In this document: positions 1-14,018 of the stretch, one piece after another | Layout of the letters: each line of letters begins with the position of its first letter | Position numbering within the stretch: position 1 is the stretch's first letter | Assembly (NCBI GenBank): GCA_012295275.1 | Contig: CM022669.1 | Location: 992,001 to 1,056,000 of the forward strand | Source: Chrysomallon squamiferum | Lineage: Eukaryota > Animalia > Mollusca | Reading direction: 5' to 3' | Length of the DNA stretch: 64,000 nucleotides | Notes under the pieces: model-generated | The model's input: the letters and a program-made list of their open reading frames with translations, nothing else | Told to the model about the DNA's origin: nothing | Database searches by the model: none | Translations under genes and position numbers: made by a program

Positions 1-14
1 TGTGGAGAACTGGT

Positions 15-28
15 GTTGCCATGGTAAC
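15..28. promoter_or_regulatory. RFX X-box motif GTTGCCATGGTAAC in a GC-richer intronic island (1-170)
   Basis: Exact match to the GTNRCC-N2-RGYAAC consensus. Function untested. Confidence 0.4.
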
Positions 29-522
29 AGAGCTGACAGGCAGAAGGTGTATCAGGACAGGTAACACAGCAGGAAGACAGAGAGAACAGCGCACACAGCT
101 GCCACTAGCAGCAGTCTGCCTGCGTGGCACCCAGCCAACTCTCCCCTCTCTCTGTGACAGTCTCATTTACCTACTTGTAAATAAATTCTTCCAGTTCTCT
201 TTTTAAAAGTCTCATTTCAAACACTCAGTGAAAACAGAAAAAAAAAAAAAAAAAAACGAATCCAAAATGATATCTTGAATCTTCATGTACTTAACATTGT
301 AACAGATAGTTTGCACAACAACAAATACATATATATCTATATATATGTTCGGATATATGTATCTGTATGAATGTGTATGTATATTTGAGAAGAAACAACA
401 ACATGCCTGTATGAAACAACATGAAACAATGGTAAATCATATTTTCTAAAGACAACTTTAGGAAAAACAAATTAATTAAAAAAAGATTCTTTTTTCAAAT
501 TGTAGTTTAAAAGTTTATGACA

Positions 523-534
523 AATAACAAGAAC

Positions 535-590
<56 letters not shown>

Positions 591-760
591 TAATAACAAC
601 ACAATAAACAAATAAATAAATAAAATAAAATTAATAGATAAATAAACAAACAAACAAATAAAATTAAACAAATAAATAAACAAGCAAACAAACAAACAAG
701 GTAAGTAAGTAATCAAGTAAGTAAATAATGTAATTATTAATTAAAATAAATAAATAAATA
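523..760. repeat. (AAT)n followed by AAAT/AAAC microsatellite
   Basis: Directly visible. Confidence 0.95.
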
Positions 761-769
761 TGGTCAAAC

Positions 770-1008
770 CTGTAGGATGTAGCCTCTAGCATAATCTTCA
801 TAGGACCAGCCGAATCCATGCAGGACCTGCAGAACCTCTTCGTGTTGAAGAACACTAAACAGTCGGTCTAAGAGAATCTTCAGTCTCACTGGAGTCGCGT
901 GTGCACCATACAGCATCAAACTTGCGATGTCAAACACGATGTTGGGCTGAACAACTTCAACGTTCATGCCAAGGTTAAGAAGATGTTGATATCCAAGTTT
1001 GTCCAGAG
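770..1008 (-). CDS. BNC2: Basonuclin (BNC1/BNC2/disco family) internal coding exon, 239 bp, phase 1 to phase 0: (A)[79 protein letters not shown]
   Basis: Acceptor tttgtttcAG at 1010-1009 and donor GTttga at 769. The peptide matches the conserved basonuclin N-terminal block as I recall it from human BNC2 (ALDKL...VFDISSLMLYG...[26 protein letters not shown]...DYVRGYILQ). It joins in frame to the 24175-24277 exon (CAC G|CT). The symbol is by homology; an invertebrate would have one co-orthologue of BNC1/BNC2. Confidence 0.95.
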
Positions 1009-2140
1009 CTGAAACAAACAATAAAAAATAATTCATTTATGTATTAAAAAGTAATAATGCCATCACTGTCAGTTATTCCACTTCTTTGCAGCGTATTATT
1101 AATGTAATCCATGTGTCACCACACATTTAACTTGAGACAAAACAAATGTTGTCTGTTTGATACAATGAATAAATATGCAGGCCTTTTATGTAATAAAACT
1201 ATGATAGAAAACAAAATCTCAATTTACAGCCTTTATCTACATAGACTTCTGTAATTTTTCAGAATAATGAAAAAAATGATAACCACAAAAATGTGTATCA
1301 GTGTCTGCAGTTGAAATAATTCTGCATTTGTAGTATTAACGAACTTTTACACTGGACATAGACATTATTCTTATTTATTTGTATGCAAATGATGGAAGAA
1401 ATACAATGAGACAAAGGCTGGTAGGAATAATGATGACATAACTGCACACTCATGACAAGCAAACTGGTGACAAGTTCTGAAATGGGTTAATGTTGATCAG
1501 TGTATATGAACAAACAACAGTCAAAAATAGTGTGTAAAACACTGAACAACTGTTCAGAGTTACTTTTATCATAAAGTCTTTCTCAACAACGTAACTTTGT
1601 TCCATGCCCCTTCACTGCCCTGTCATTTCTGTGGCAGATTGGGAAAACTTCATTATTCCAATTAAGGAAGCAGATAGTGTCTTACATAATCTCACAAAGT
1701 CTTAAATTTGTTAATCTTGTCCTATGAACTCAAAAGATTACAAACATGGTTTTGTCTTTCACTGGTGACCTGCAGATGGCCCTGTCTCTGTGAAGGAACC
1801 TCTGTTATGATAGACACCTAGGAAACCTGGTCAATTATTGCTGCTGTTTGAAACTATTAGTGGCAAATGTTTGTATTCTCTGTACACTGGTCATTAGAGT
1901 CATGTATCGGCCATATTGACAGTTACTAACTGCAGACAAACAAATATCATTAACATCCTGTGGTAGCTGTGAAAACAACAACGCAGCCTTCAGATTCTTC
2001 TTAAATACTATAATATTCTTTATTTCTCTATTTAACTTCCTCAGTCCAATCACAGTGATCAAGTTAACATTGGGTGTTTTATGATAATTAGCAATTTTTT
2101 ATGATGCTCTACTAAACATTTTCTGAAAAAAAAAAATATT

Positions 2141-2145
2141 TGTGT

Positions 2146-2211
<66 letters not shown>
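2141..2211. repeat. (TG)n microsatellite
   Basis: Directly visible. Confidence 0.95.
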
Positions 2212-2212
<1 letters not shown>

Positions 2213-3474
2213 TCTATGTGTATGCATATTTTCAAACAGACAAAAAGTCAAGTAATCATAACTAATTTGTTTCAAAATAAGTTTCTTTTTTATTTATTTA
2301 CATGACAAAGGAAAAAGGATTCTGGAGGCTTCCATACTGAACAAAGCACTATGGGTACCAAGATGTGCAGAAATGTCAAAGCTAATCACAGAAAGGTTAA
2401 ATTCCTTCCCAGACAGAAACAGCAAACTGAGTGTCCAGACTAAAGATGGGTGAAGAAGACTGGTAGTTGTGTGGTCAGACAAATGTCACAAATACCAGAG
2501 ACAATCACGTTCCACACCTCAAAAAAACCTGGAGTCTTTACACCATGTGTAGTGTCTTCCATCTAAACACACTGTCAGAGTTTCCAATAATTACAATATA
2601 AAGAATTTAAAAAATAAAAAGTCTTCCCATCAAAAAAAAAACTAAATAAAAACAATATGTAAACACAAGAAAACCTACATTTTTAATAAAAAATATGTAT
2701 AAATATTTAATTGTCAATCTGTGATAACAAAAATCGTTTCTAAGTACACTGCAAAACTGTGTTTGACATCCTCTAATGTTTGTGTCTGGTATTCTGGTAA
2801 ACCAAGGTTTAAGAATGTTTAACAGCCACACATTAATTAAATTTCTGTAATTTTTGCCAAACCATTTTTTAAGCAACAAGCACTGATTTCACCTTCTAGT
2901 TCATTAACATATATTAATTAAATGTGGCTAATAAGAAAGTGTGTTTTCATAAACACATTGTGATGAAAAACAAAACTTGTGTAAATCTCCCACAATCCCT
3001 CATCTGTTGACCTTTGACATTGGAAATGTTGTGCCTGTTGGTCTGATAAATGTGACAGGGAAGAACATATTAGCAGCCAGCAAATGGACGTCTGCCAAAA
3101 GTAGGGTGTTATGAAGGTCATGCAGCTGGAATCACATGGACAAGTTTGTTCATTCATTCATCACCAAACACAGAAAAAAGTAAGAGAAAAAAAGAAAGAA
3201 AAGAAATATGAAATAAAACAGACATAAAGCATGGAGAAGAAAAAAAATGATAAAATGCAAGAATAAAAATGTTTCAGTTTTGTTTTTGTTTTTTTAACAG
3301 TGCACTATTACTACAGTTACTAATAGTAATTTTACTTCACTACTTCTACTATCTCTGCCAGTCCTAAAATATAATTACTACTATTACTACTACTGCTACT
3401 ACAATTAATTCATAAACAATTCTAACAGAAAATACAAGTAGATTATTAAATAAACACAGTGATCAATATAGGAT

Positions 3475-3650
3475 TAATAATAACAGTAATAGTAGTAATA
3501 GTATTGCTAATATTAATACTAGTAATAGTAATATCAGCATTAGCAGTATTAGTAGTATTAGCAGTAGTAGTGGCAGTAATAACAGTATTAATATTAAATG
3601 TAGTAATAGTAATAACAGTATTAACAGCAATAGTAATAGTAGTAGTAACA
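3475..3650. repeat. Degenerate (AGT/AAT)n trinucleotide repeat
   Basis: Directly visible; explains the hydrophobic pseudo-ORFs here. Confidence 0.9.
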
Positions 3651-4745
3651 CTCTCATAATAGTATTTATCAAAGCCATACTTGTAAAAAAAGCAGATAAT
3701 TGTTTAACATTACTTTCTTCTAATACATATATTGATGAACTGGTTTCTTCTTTAATATTATAAAAACCTAATTGACATTCCTAACAAAAATGATCACTTA
3801 TTATGTTGTTCTCTGATTTAAAAGACCATCTTGCTGTATTCTTAAAATCACTGTGGATCAAACTAACCATGTGACTGTAACTGCCTGTTGAATGTTTTGA
3901 AAAGCATGGTGACATTTACAACAACTCAGAGAACCTGTTTCTTATCTCTAATGTCTTTCTTTCTCTTACAAGATAAACCACAGTTTTTCACAAACAAGAT
4001 GTTTTTGTCTGGTGAAGAAAATGCTGCTTGTGGTTCAAGAACACTAGCCAGAAAGAAAAGACTGAAATGAGAGAAAGACAAAACAAGCCAAAAAAAAAAA
4101 AAAAGATGGAATGTAGGGCTTGTAACTTGTGACTGAAAAAAGAACAAAAAGAAAAGAAAAACAGAAATAAAGTTGAAGTAAATTTTTAAAACGTGGAGCA
4201 AACAGAAATGTAAGAAATGAGGAAAGGAAAAACATGGAATAAAAAGAAAGGTTGTATTCTTCAAGTCCGTGTTGGACAGGACACTGTTAACATGTTAATG
4301 TTAATAAGTTAGCAAAATGCATCTAACTAGAAATATAATGCATGTTCGAAAATTCATTGTTTTAAACTTATATTTCTCTTTTCCACAGAAGAAACATCAC
4401 AGCAACTTTCTCAGCTGGTTTAACACAGCAAATGTCCAACAGAGAGTTTTACGGCTGCTAATATATAAATACTAACACCCCCTCCATTAATATCCCTTAC
4501 TTTAGACCTGCCTTTGCTCTATGTTTTAAAGTGGTGCAAGTTGCTGTTACTGTTTTATCATTTTTGAATATTTTTTAAGATTCTGTTTCTGTTCAGACAC
4601 CTAAAGAGAGTGTTACTTGTCTCTCACCTGGTGTACAGGTATCAGTAAGTGCAGACGATGTTACTACTGTAACACACTCATTCAAATAAACATTACAAGA
4701 GAAAAAAACTTCTACATAAACAGCAACAAAAAATATGAATTAATG

Positions 4746-4992
4746 GTATGTATGTGTTTGTGTGTTAAAGTGTGCATCTGTGTATGTGTATATTTGTATG
4801 TGGAGGTGTCACTGTATGTAAGCGTGTATATGTATGTATATGTGTATGTATACATGTATGTATATGTGTGTGTTTGTGTGTATGTATATGTGTGTTTGTG
4901 TGTGTTTGTATGTAAGTGTATAAATGTGTGTGTGTATATATGTATGTATATGTGAATATGTGTGTATATATGTGTATGTAAGTGTGTGCATG
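4746..4992. repeat. Degenerate TG/TA microsatellite
   Basis: Directly visible. Confidence 0.9.
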
Positions 4993-6234
4993 TAAATATA
5001 TTTTAAAGTGGATATGAATAAAATATCTCTCAGTAAATATGATCAGAGTGTCCTGAACACACTGTCATATTTGGACATGGTGAAACACTAGTTGCTCTAT
5101 CAAACACATGACCATTTGTAAATCTTTATTCCACATGTGCTATCACTGTTTATCTTATCTCTGGTGAAGGTATTTTTTTTTTCTGGTTCCTACAGGAATG
5201 AAATGACAACTGGGTCATTGGCTGCTTGATGTACTAAAAAAAAATTCCTTTTCACCTTTACTGCTATACCAGAAATAAATAACAATTCTGAAATAAAATA
5301 ATTAAATATAGAGAAAAAAAAGAAGTAAATAAATAAATAAACTAAGAAAGAAAGAAGGAAAGAAGAAAAAATAGAAAGAAAATTAATAAACAAATTTTAA
5401 TAAATAAATAAAAATACTTAATTAGTTAATAAAATATAAATAAATAAATAAATAAATATATAAATAAATAAATAAATAAATAAAACAATTAATTAGTTAA
5501 TAAAATATAAATAAATAAATAAATAAATACAAATGAAAAGGAGTAAGTTAACTGTTGGACATTGTATTCTGCAGTTTAAAATTAAAAATTGTTTTTACTG
5601 GTTGTTGTTAGACTTGTAATTTTTGCATGTTATTTTTGTTACTTGTTTTTCTGAGAATTATCCCACAGTTTGACATTTTGCAAAATAACTGTAGTAAACA
5701 AACAATGCGTTATTTATGTCAGTTTAGTTCACTTTTGTACACACCATTCTGATCAATGCACAATACACAGCAACAACATTCTTTACTGAACAACAACAAC
5801 AATAATAATAACAATGATGATGATGATGATGATGCCACCATGTTACAGAGTATTCGTTTCTGTATAGAATATTCTTTTTCTATTAGCAGTAATAAACCTC
5901 TTATTTGTACCTTCTCACAGACATTATAAATTAATGACTGGCAGTGTCTGGCCATGGGTCTGTGAGACCAAAGAGAGCACTGATCCAGTGACCAGTGAGA
6001 CAGCACTTTATTATTAACCTCAGTCCAGGACCAAGGAATTATGGGGCATTTTAGAAATAAGGCTGGGATACTGTGAATATTTGACCTCTGTGATATTGGT
6101 CAAGGTGTTTTGTGTATTCTTGGTGGCAAGTAGTGTTCCTTGGTTAGAGATGTCTAATGAGAAGGTAGTTTATACTAAACAAGTCAGTGAACCCAAGTCT
6201 CCACACTAGTTATCACACTGTCCTGAATTCAGGA

Positions 6235-6500
6235 GAAAACACAAATACTGAAAACTCAAATTCTGTACTGAAAACACAAATTCTGTACTGAAAACTCAAA
6301 TACTGTACTGAAAACTCAAATACTGTACTGAAAACACAAATACTGTACTGAAAACTAAAATACTGTACTGAAAACTCATACTGTACTGAAAATTCAAAAC
6401 ATATATGCAGAATCCTCAAATACCATAATGAAAATTCAAATACTGTAAAGAAATCTCAAATACTGAACAGAAAACACAAATGCTGTACTGAAAATTCAAC
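6235..6500. repeat. 20-bp minisatellite (aaaactcaaatactgtactg), ~13 copies
   Basis: Tandem units visible, degenerate at the edges. Confidence 0.92.
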
Positions 6501-7094
6501 ACAAGAAGAACCTCCATGTATGTGCGTGTGTGTGCATGTGTTCCTGTCTCTATGTATGTGTGTGTTATGTGTTTGTGTAATCATATTAAAAGAAGCAATT
6601 TAAAAACAAGACAATGAAAACACAGACTTTGATGTGGACTACAGATGACAAACATTCAGCTCAAAGTCAGTACAATGAAAGACAAAAATCTATCATGTTT
6701 TTCTGTTGGTTGATAATATATATATATATATATACTGCAAACCAACAATGACAGGCTTCCAATCAGTTTGCCTAACAGTCTTACTTTATAATGTATAAAT
6801 GCATTCATGTATGTACCCATCCATCCATCCATCCATCCATACACACACACACCAGAATGTACACACATGTGCACACACACACACACACACACACACACCA
6901 GTATATATATATATATGTATATAGACACACACACACACACATGCATACACAATGAAACATTTCAAACAGCATTGGGAACAAATCACAGAAATGCAGAAAT
7001 CATTCTGGTAGGTTTCACTTCATGTAGTTATCTCTCTATATGTATGTGTGTCTCTCTAACATTCTGAAAAGTTTTACTGTATATATACATCTGT

Positions 7095-7545
7095 GTACTT
7101 GTCTGTAGGTAGGTGTGTATGTATGTGTGCCACTGTATATATTTATATGTATATTTGTCTGTAGGTAGGTCTATATGTATGTGTGCCACTGTATATATGT
7201 ATAGTTGTCTTATGTAGGTAGGTATGTATGTATGTGTGCCACTGTATATATGTATATTTGTCTGTAGGTAGGTATGTATGCCACTGTATATATGTATATT
7301 TGTCTGTAGGTAGGTATGTATGTATGTATATGTGCCACTGTATATATGTATATTTGTCTGTAGGTAGGTGTGTATGTATGTGTGCCACTGTATATATGTA
7401 TATTTGTCTTAGGTAGATATGTATGTATGTATATGTGCCACTGTATATATATATATTTGTCTGTAGGTAGGTGTGTATGTATGTGTGCCACTGTATATAT
7501 GTATATTTGTCTTAGGTAGATATGTATGTATGTATGTATGTGTGT
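7095..7545. repeat. ~42-57-bp variable-length minisatellite (gccactgtatatatgtatatttgtctgtaggtaggtatgtatgt...), ~8 copies
   Basis: The anchor gccactgtata recurs 8 times; length variation comes from an internal GTAT microsatellite. Confidence 0.92.
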
Positions 7546-7754
7546 CACTGTTCTCATGCTGAATAAATCTGCAGCTATCAGAGTTTCTGTGGTTCCCAGC
7601 TGGTGAACTGGTCCACCAAGATGATAAACTTTTTTCCACATCTGAAGACTATCTTCAAGCATCAGTGCTTTGATAACCACAACTACTTACCTGCTATATA
7701 AACAGCAGACTGCACCAGAGAAGATAGCAGCTTCTGAAACAGAGCTGTCACTTC

Positions 7755-8084
7755 TGTGTGTCTGTGTGTGTGTATGTGTGTGTATATACATTAGTGTCTG
7801 TGTGTATGTGTGTGTGTGTGTGTGTGTAAATGTATCTAGGTCTTTAGGCATCTCTTTTTTATATTTGTGTCTGTCTGTATCTGTATGTCTTTGTGGGTGT
7901 TAAATAAAGATGTAAAGAGAAAGAGTGATTTGTTTAATGTGTGTGTATCTATATGTTTCAATGTGCTGCGATACATATATATGTGTGTGTGTGTGTATAT
8001 ATGTGTGTGTATATATGTGTGTTTGTAAATGTATGTATGTTTATATATATGTATATATGTATGGAGAAACTGAGATTGATAACA

Positions 8085-8165
<81 letters not shown>

Positions 8166-8511
8166 CAGAGAAAGACAGAGAGAGACAGAGACAGAGACAG
8201 ATACAGACAGAGAGAGACAGAGACAGAGAGAGAGAGACAGACAGAGAGAGAGACAGAGACAGAGACAGACACAGAGAGACAGAGAGAGACAAAGACAGAG
8301 AGACAGAAACAGAGACAGAGAGAGAGACAAAGACAGAGAGAGACAGAGACAGACAGAGAGAGAGACAGAGAGAGACAAAGACAGAGAGAGACAGAGAGAG
8401 AGACAGAGAGAGACAAAGACAGAGAGAGACAGAGGGAAAGAGACAGAGAGAGACAGAGAGACAGATACAGACAGAGAGACAGAGACAGAGACAGAGAGAG
8501 AGAGAGAGAGA
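7755..8511. repeat. Compound TG/TA then (AG)n/(AGAC)n microsatellite
   Basis: Directly visible; source of the ER/SL-rich pseudo-ORFs. Confidence 0.95.
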
Positions 8512-11189
8512 TAAGCAAGTAGAGAGATTTGATCCCAGGTGAGGCTGTGACTGTGTTACAGACAAACTCTGTTGTTGCCAAAACCTGTGACATGTTGTGT
8601 GTGTCTAGTCACAGATTTGGCGCAGGTTGCCAGGAAGCAGTAGACCATGCGAAGCCAGCATGTTCAGTTTTACATATTTGCCAATACGTCAATCAGTCTC
8701 TGCTCTAACAGACAGTAAACACAGTTTAAAACACATTCCACCTCCTCCTCCAGTGATGGGTTCACTTTCAAACAGCAGTCTAGTTTATGTCATTTACTTA
8801 CTGCTTTAAAAACTCCTGAATCTATCATTTTCTTTCTTATTTTACTTTTCATTACACAGATACAGGCACAGACACAGACATATAAACAAACACATATACA
8901 CACACATATATAATTATACACACTCATACACAATATACACACACACACATATAAACAAACATATAGGTACATATATATATTTATACAACAGATACACACA
9001 GACATATCCAAAGCAATGTAAATATATGTGTATTTGTGTCCAAGTGTTTAAAATATATGCATAGCTGTGGGGTTTTTTATGTGTATATATGTATGTGTAT
9101 GTGTTTGTCTTAAAATCTGAATAATACAACAAAAAATTTAAAAAGATAAAAAATATATTATTAGTTTGAGAAAGGAACAGTTTGGTAATGGTTTGACAGA
9201 CATGTCTTATTCAGCGGGTCTGTGATTTAACCCTCTGTCTGCTATCTGACCAGCCTTGCATCTCTCACACACAGCACATATCTACATGTGACTCTTGTCA
9301 TGAGACTGGGATTTCACATTATCTCACTAGCACTTGCAAGTTTACAAATGTTACTGAGAAAAGTAGAGATAGAGAAAATCTATATTTGACTTGTACGAGT
9401 CCTGCGTGGTGGATAAACGCAGACTCACAGCCATTACTTGGCAAGCGGTGGTTTGGAGACAACTGTCACTGAAAAGAGGATAATTTTCTCCCGGCTTAAA
9501 CAGGACAACGGATCAATGCTCAATAAGTAAACGGCAATCAGACGATGATGCTTCAAACGGCAATAAATGGCTGTGTTGCTTTTAACCACTGAATCGTGCC
9601 CATACAGTTCTTTTCAGAATACAAGCAGCACAGCAATTCAGCTGCATAAAGTTTTGTAAAAAGTGAGATTATCAGCAAAGAAGCTATATACGTATACATT
9701 TGGAACCAATCTGAACTGAGATAAAAAAACAAACATTATAATAATAAAAAATAAAATAATAAATTGTTGATGAGTAATAAAAGAACAATTTAAATCATTA
9801 AATAAAAAACAAGGTATGAATATTAGTTTTGAACATGATTCAAGGAAGAGATTTGTTCTAGATATTGTGCAACTCAGGTTTTATACATACACACATACAT
9901 ACCCAAACAGACACAAACACACACACTCACATACAGCGACACACAGAACAAGTGCAAATGCTGATAATTTATATAAGCAGTTATAAAAATTTAAACGATG
10001 TAATAAATCAGAAGGTTTGTTATTTAAGTACTGTTGTCTGAAAGTACACTGTGTCACAACCACCTCACTCAGTTCATCTGTACTGAGTAACATGTCAAAC
10101 ATCTATCTTTACCATGTTTCCCTGCTCACTTACAGTTAATGTGCTAACATTGCACCCCCAAGCACCACTTTCTTATCACTCATTATCAATACCACAGGAC
10201 ACTGACTTCTATTACATTCAAACATTACGTTATATTTAAATATATTACATTAACCTATTTTTAATTCTGTTATATTGTAATATTTAAAACTATTACATTA
10301 AGTTATATTTAAATCTATTACATTAAATTACATTTAAATGTATTATATTTATTATATAACACACCTATAATAATTAAATGCAGAAATAATATATTTAAAA
10401 CCATTATATTAAGTTACATTTAAAGCTACAGATTAAGGTATATAAACAGTAAACACCAGTATATATAGTTGAGTAGTTAAATTATGTGATCTGATGATAC
10501 AGACATATCCTCTTCAGTATACATATTACATCCTACTCCAAACAGAGCTCCTTACATACAAGTGTGTGTGTATATATACATAATCACATATTTTTTTCTA
10601 TCTAAGAAACAGTTCATTGTTAACCAGTGAGGTGTACAATCTCTGGGGCAGTGAGAGTTGTTTTCTTTTCTCACCATTAATTTTTACTAAAAAAAACAAA
10701 AAAAACAATCATTAATATTAAAACAATTTTTGGTTTTAATTTTTACATTTCATTACTGGTATTTGATTGATATGTGTGTCATACACCACAGGCTAATTTC
10801 TTCATTATTACCAATAAGAAACACCCTCCTTTCTTCACCCTCACTAACATCCCACAGACATATGTGTCATCTGTCCCACCCTAATATCTACATTCACTGC
10901 CCATGACACCAACACAACAATTAGCAGCAGTTTATTGCTTGACGTGCGTTCAGCTGTTTATGCACTTACTGTCCTAACTCTGGCAATCCACTGAGGATGT
11001 GTCAATTTGCGTAAAAGCCCACACTTCTCATTAATCAGCTGACAAGAAATGCAGCATGGGAAGCCCTGGAGAAACAGGACATGGCAATTATAATGGAAGA
11101 TGTGCATGAAATTACTTAGTAGTTTGATGAAATAACTGTAGGTTTTTTGTTGTTATTTATTCTTAAAAGAAAATAGAAAAACAATTATT

Positions 11190-12030
11190 GCAGTCTCACT
11201 GGCTGTATCATTATTTTATATCTAACTCCATCTCAATGCAGTACATTTATACATTGTTGTTTTATATCTAATTTCTACTCACTGCAGTACATTGATACAC
11301 TGTTATTTTATATCTAATTTCTACTCACTGAAGTACATTTATACATTGTTGCTTTATATCTAATTTCTACTCACTGCAGTACATTTATAAACTGTTATTT
11401 TATATCTAATTTCTACACACTGAAGTACATTTTTACACTGTTATTTTATATCTAATTTGTACTCAATGCAGTACATTTTTACATTTATTTTATATCTAAT
11501 TTGTACTCACTGTAGTACATTTATAGTTATTTTGTATCTAATCTGTACTCACTGCAGTACATTTATACAGTTATTTTATATCTAATTTGTACTCAATGCA
11601 GCACATTTTTACATTTATTTTATATCTAACTTCTACTCACTGCAGTACATTTATACATTTATTTTATATCTAATTTGTACTCACTGTAGTACATTTATAG
11701 TTATTTTATATCTAATTTCTACTCACTGCAGTACACTTATAAATTGTTATATCTAATTTCTACTCACTGCAGTACATTTATAATTCTTATTTTATATCTA
11801 ATTTCTACACACTGCAGTACATTTATACATTGTTATTTTATATCTAATTTCTACTCACTGCAGTACATTTATACATTGTTATTTTATATCTAATTTCTAC
11901 TCACTGCAGTACATTTATACATTGTTATTTTATATCTAATTTCTACTCACTGCAGTACATTTATACATTGTTATTTTATATCTATTTTCAATTCACTGCA
12001 GAACATTTATATGTTGTTATTTTATGTATA
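11190..12030. repeat. ~46-bp minisatellite (ttattttatatctaatttctactcactgcagtacatttatacattg), ~18 copies
   Basis: Tandem units visible. Confidence 0.95.
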
Positions 12031-13349
12031 ACTATGCATTATGTTTCCATGGATACCAAGCTACTGGTTCTTGTCCTGATAACAATTTGCAAATGTTTTT
12101 GATATTTTGTATCCTTTTTCCTTTTTTTAATTCCCTTACCATTTCTTTATTACACTGCAGTGTTAAATTTAGCATTTGTATCAAACTTTTAATTTATTCT
12201 TATATTTAACAGACAAAGAAATTTATACTTTTTATAGTTAATCTTTGTGAAAATGAAGATAAGAGAGAAAAAAACCAACTAAAATGAAATCACACCCTCC
12301 CCCAGAAAAAAAATTAAAAATTAAAAAAAATAAAAATCCCGATTACTTAAGTTAAACATTTTTGATTTACTAAATTAAAAGAACAAAATGAAAGTGAAAG
12401 TGTCGGAAATTGACACCTTATTTGCATAATGAAATATTTATGCCAGAGCACATTTCATATGCTCTCTGGCTGAATTGCTGTCATTTGATCATTATGCACC
12501 AGCTGTCACATCAGCATCTCCATTCACTTGAACACTCTCCTGGGTGTTGCTCACATGATGTTTTCACACTGTTTATCACGTACATCATCATCAGTGACAC
12601 ACAACTTATCATGCAATGGTGTCATTGTGAGGTAGCCTGTCCACCAATGGGAGATAATTAATTGTCAATTCCTTCACTGCTCTGGATTACACAAATTCCC
12701 TCTATCAAATTGCTTCTTAGACAAAGTATTAAACTGTTTACTGTGATATTATACTGTTGAAGAAATCTGAGTTGCAGAGTATCAGTTGGTGAAATAATAA
12801 AACAGATAAAGTGGTATAAGTGAAAGGTGTAAGCTGTATCAAATGTAGAATTTAGTAGTGAAGTCTCTAGCAGTTTTGATCTGTCTGTGTTTTCAAATTT
12901 GTATCTGCACATGAAATAACATGCATGTATTTGTGTGGTTATGTGTGTGTGCATGCTAAAACAATTTAAATAATTTAAATGGCTAAATTACCTGTTATTT
13001 TCTAATGATGTACAAAATCATGATTTTTAAATGTATCAGTATGTTTCTAATTTAAGTTATAACAACACATTTCATTAAAAGAAAAGAAAAGAACTAAAAA
13101 TAAATAAATAAAGTTATAAAAATGACAAAAAAAATAAAACAGAAAAATAAATGACATACAGAACAGCTGGTTAAAGAATAAAGTTGTCTACTTGTGCAGA
13201 CTTGGATTCATGACTGTAGCAGTATCTTCCATCTACACTCGTATTAATGTTCAAGAAGAAAAAACAACTTTAAAAAGTGATTTGGAGAAAAAAGGATTTA
13301 ATATTTAGATATATACTGACCTAACATAAAATTATACAGATTTAAGTAA

Positions 13350-13396
13350 ACACACCCACACAGACACAAACACACACACACACAAAACACACACAT

Positions 13397-13451
<55 letters not shown>

Positions 13452-13460
13452 CACATATAT
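13350..13460. repeat. (CA)n microsatellite
   Basis: Directly visible. Confidence 0.95.
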
Positions 13461-13899
13461 ACCTTTGCCTACAGACATAATAAATGAAAGCAGATTTCTC
13501 CACATTGCACAGTGTGACATGAAACTACTGACAAAGAGAAATGCACATACTGACTAACATTAACCAACACATACAAAGACCCAGAAATAACAATATATAA
13601 AAGTAAGTATTCAGTGTTTTTTATTTACAGAGTTACAGTAAACTGCAGAAACACCACCAGACATAAACATCTACAACCACATCAGCCTGTCTCATCAACA
13701 ACATGTTTAGTGCTTTATCCATGCAAATATATTTAAAAGTTTACTGATTACCTGTTAAATGTCTTTTAGTAAGTTTTTACTGCGTATAACATGTAAAAGA
13801 TATTACTTGTTTTGTGTTTGTGTGGGTGTGTGTGTAATAGTAATAACTGAAAAACTACTTTCTCTGCTATATGGATTATTGTTAAAAACAAGACATATT

Positions 13900-14018
13900 T
13901 CTGTGCTCAGGGATAGGGAAGTCATATACAAAGGTCAGAATGGGAAATAACTCAAGCTGGGAGCACTTTAATGATTCACCCTGTCTTAAATGAGCGCTCT
14001 AACCACTGAACTACAGAC
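13900..14018 (-). mobile_element. Decayed tRNA-derived SINE fragment (head)
   Basis: Minus strand reads gtctgTAGTTCAGTGGttagagcgctc (tRNA D-arm/A-box-like). The adjacent gaatgggaaataactcaa resembles gaacatgaaatagcacaa in the 29.7-kb element. Confidence 0.5.

Noticed and set aside
21-206. 61-aa ORF, or the next basonuclin exon, at the window edge
   Set aside because: No frame resembles the expected continuation (D..GKVLDRW-like), so it is treated as intronic.
1768-1783. CTCF-like words (cctgcagatggccc here; caaacagatggcac at ~39197)
   Set aside because: Each has two mismatches to the core consensus and is equally explained as a CAGATG E-box.
7836-8593. Long 174-211-aa ORFs rich in ER/RD or SL/SV
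   Set aside because: They are translations of AG/AGAC microsatellite, which lacks stops in any frame.
13975-14018. Possible tRNA gene
   Set aside because: Only a D-arm/A-box-like part is present, with no T-arm/B-box or acceptor stem, so it is a SINE remnant.
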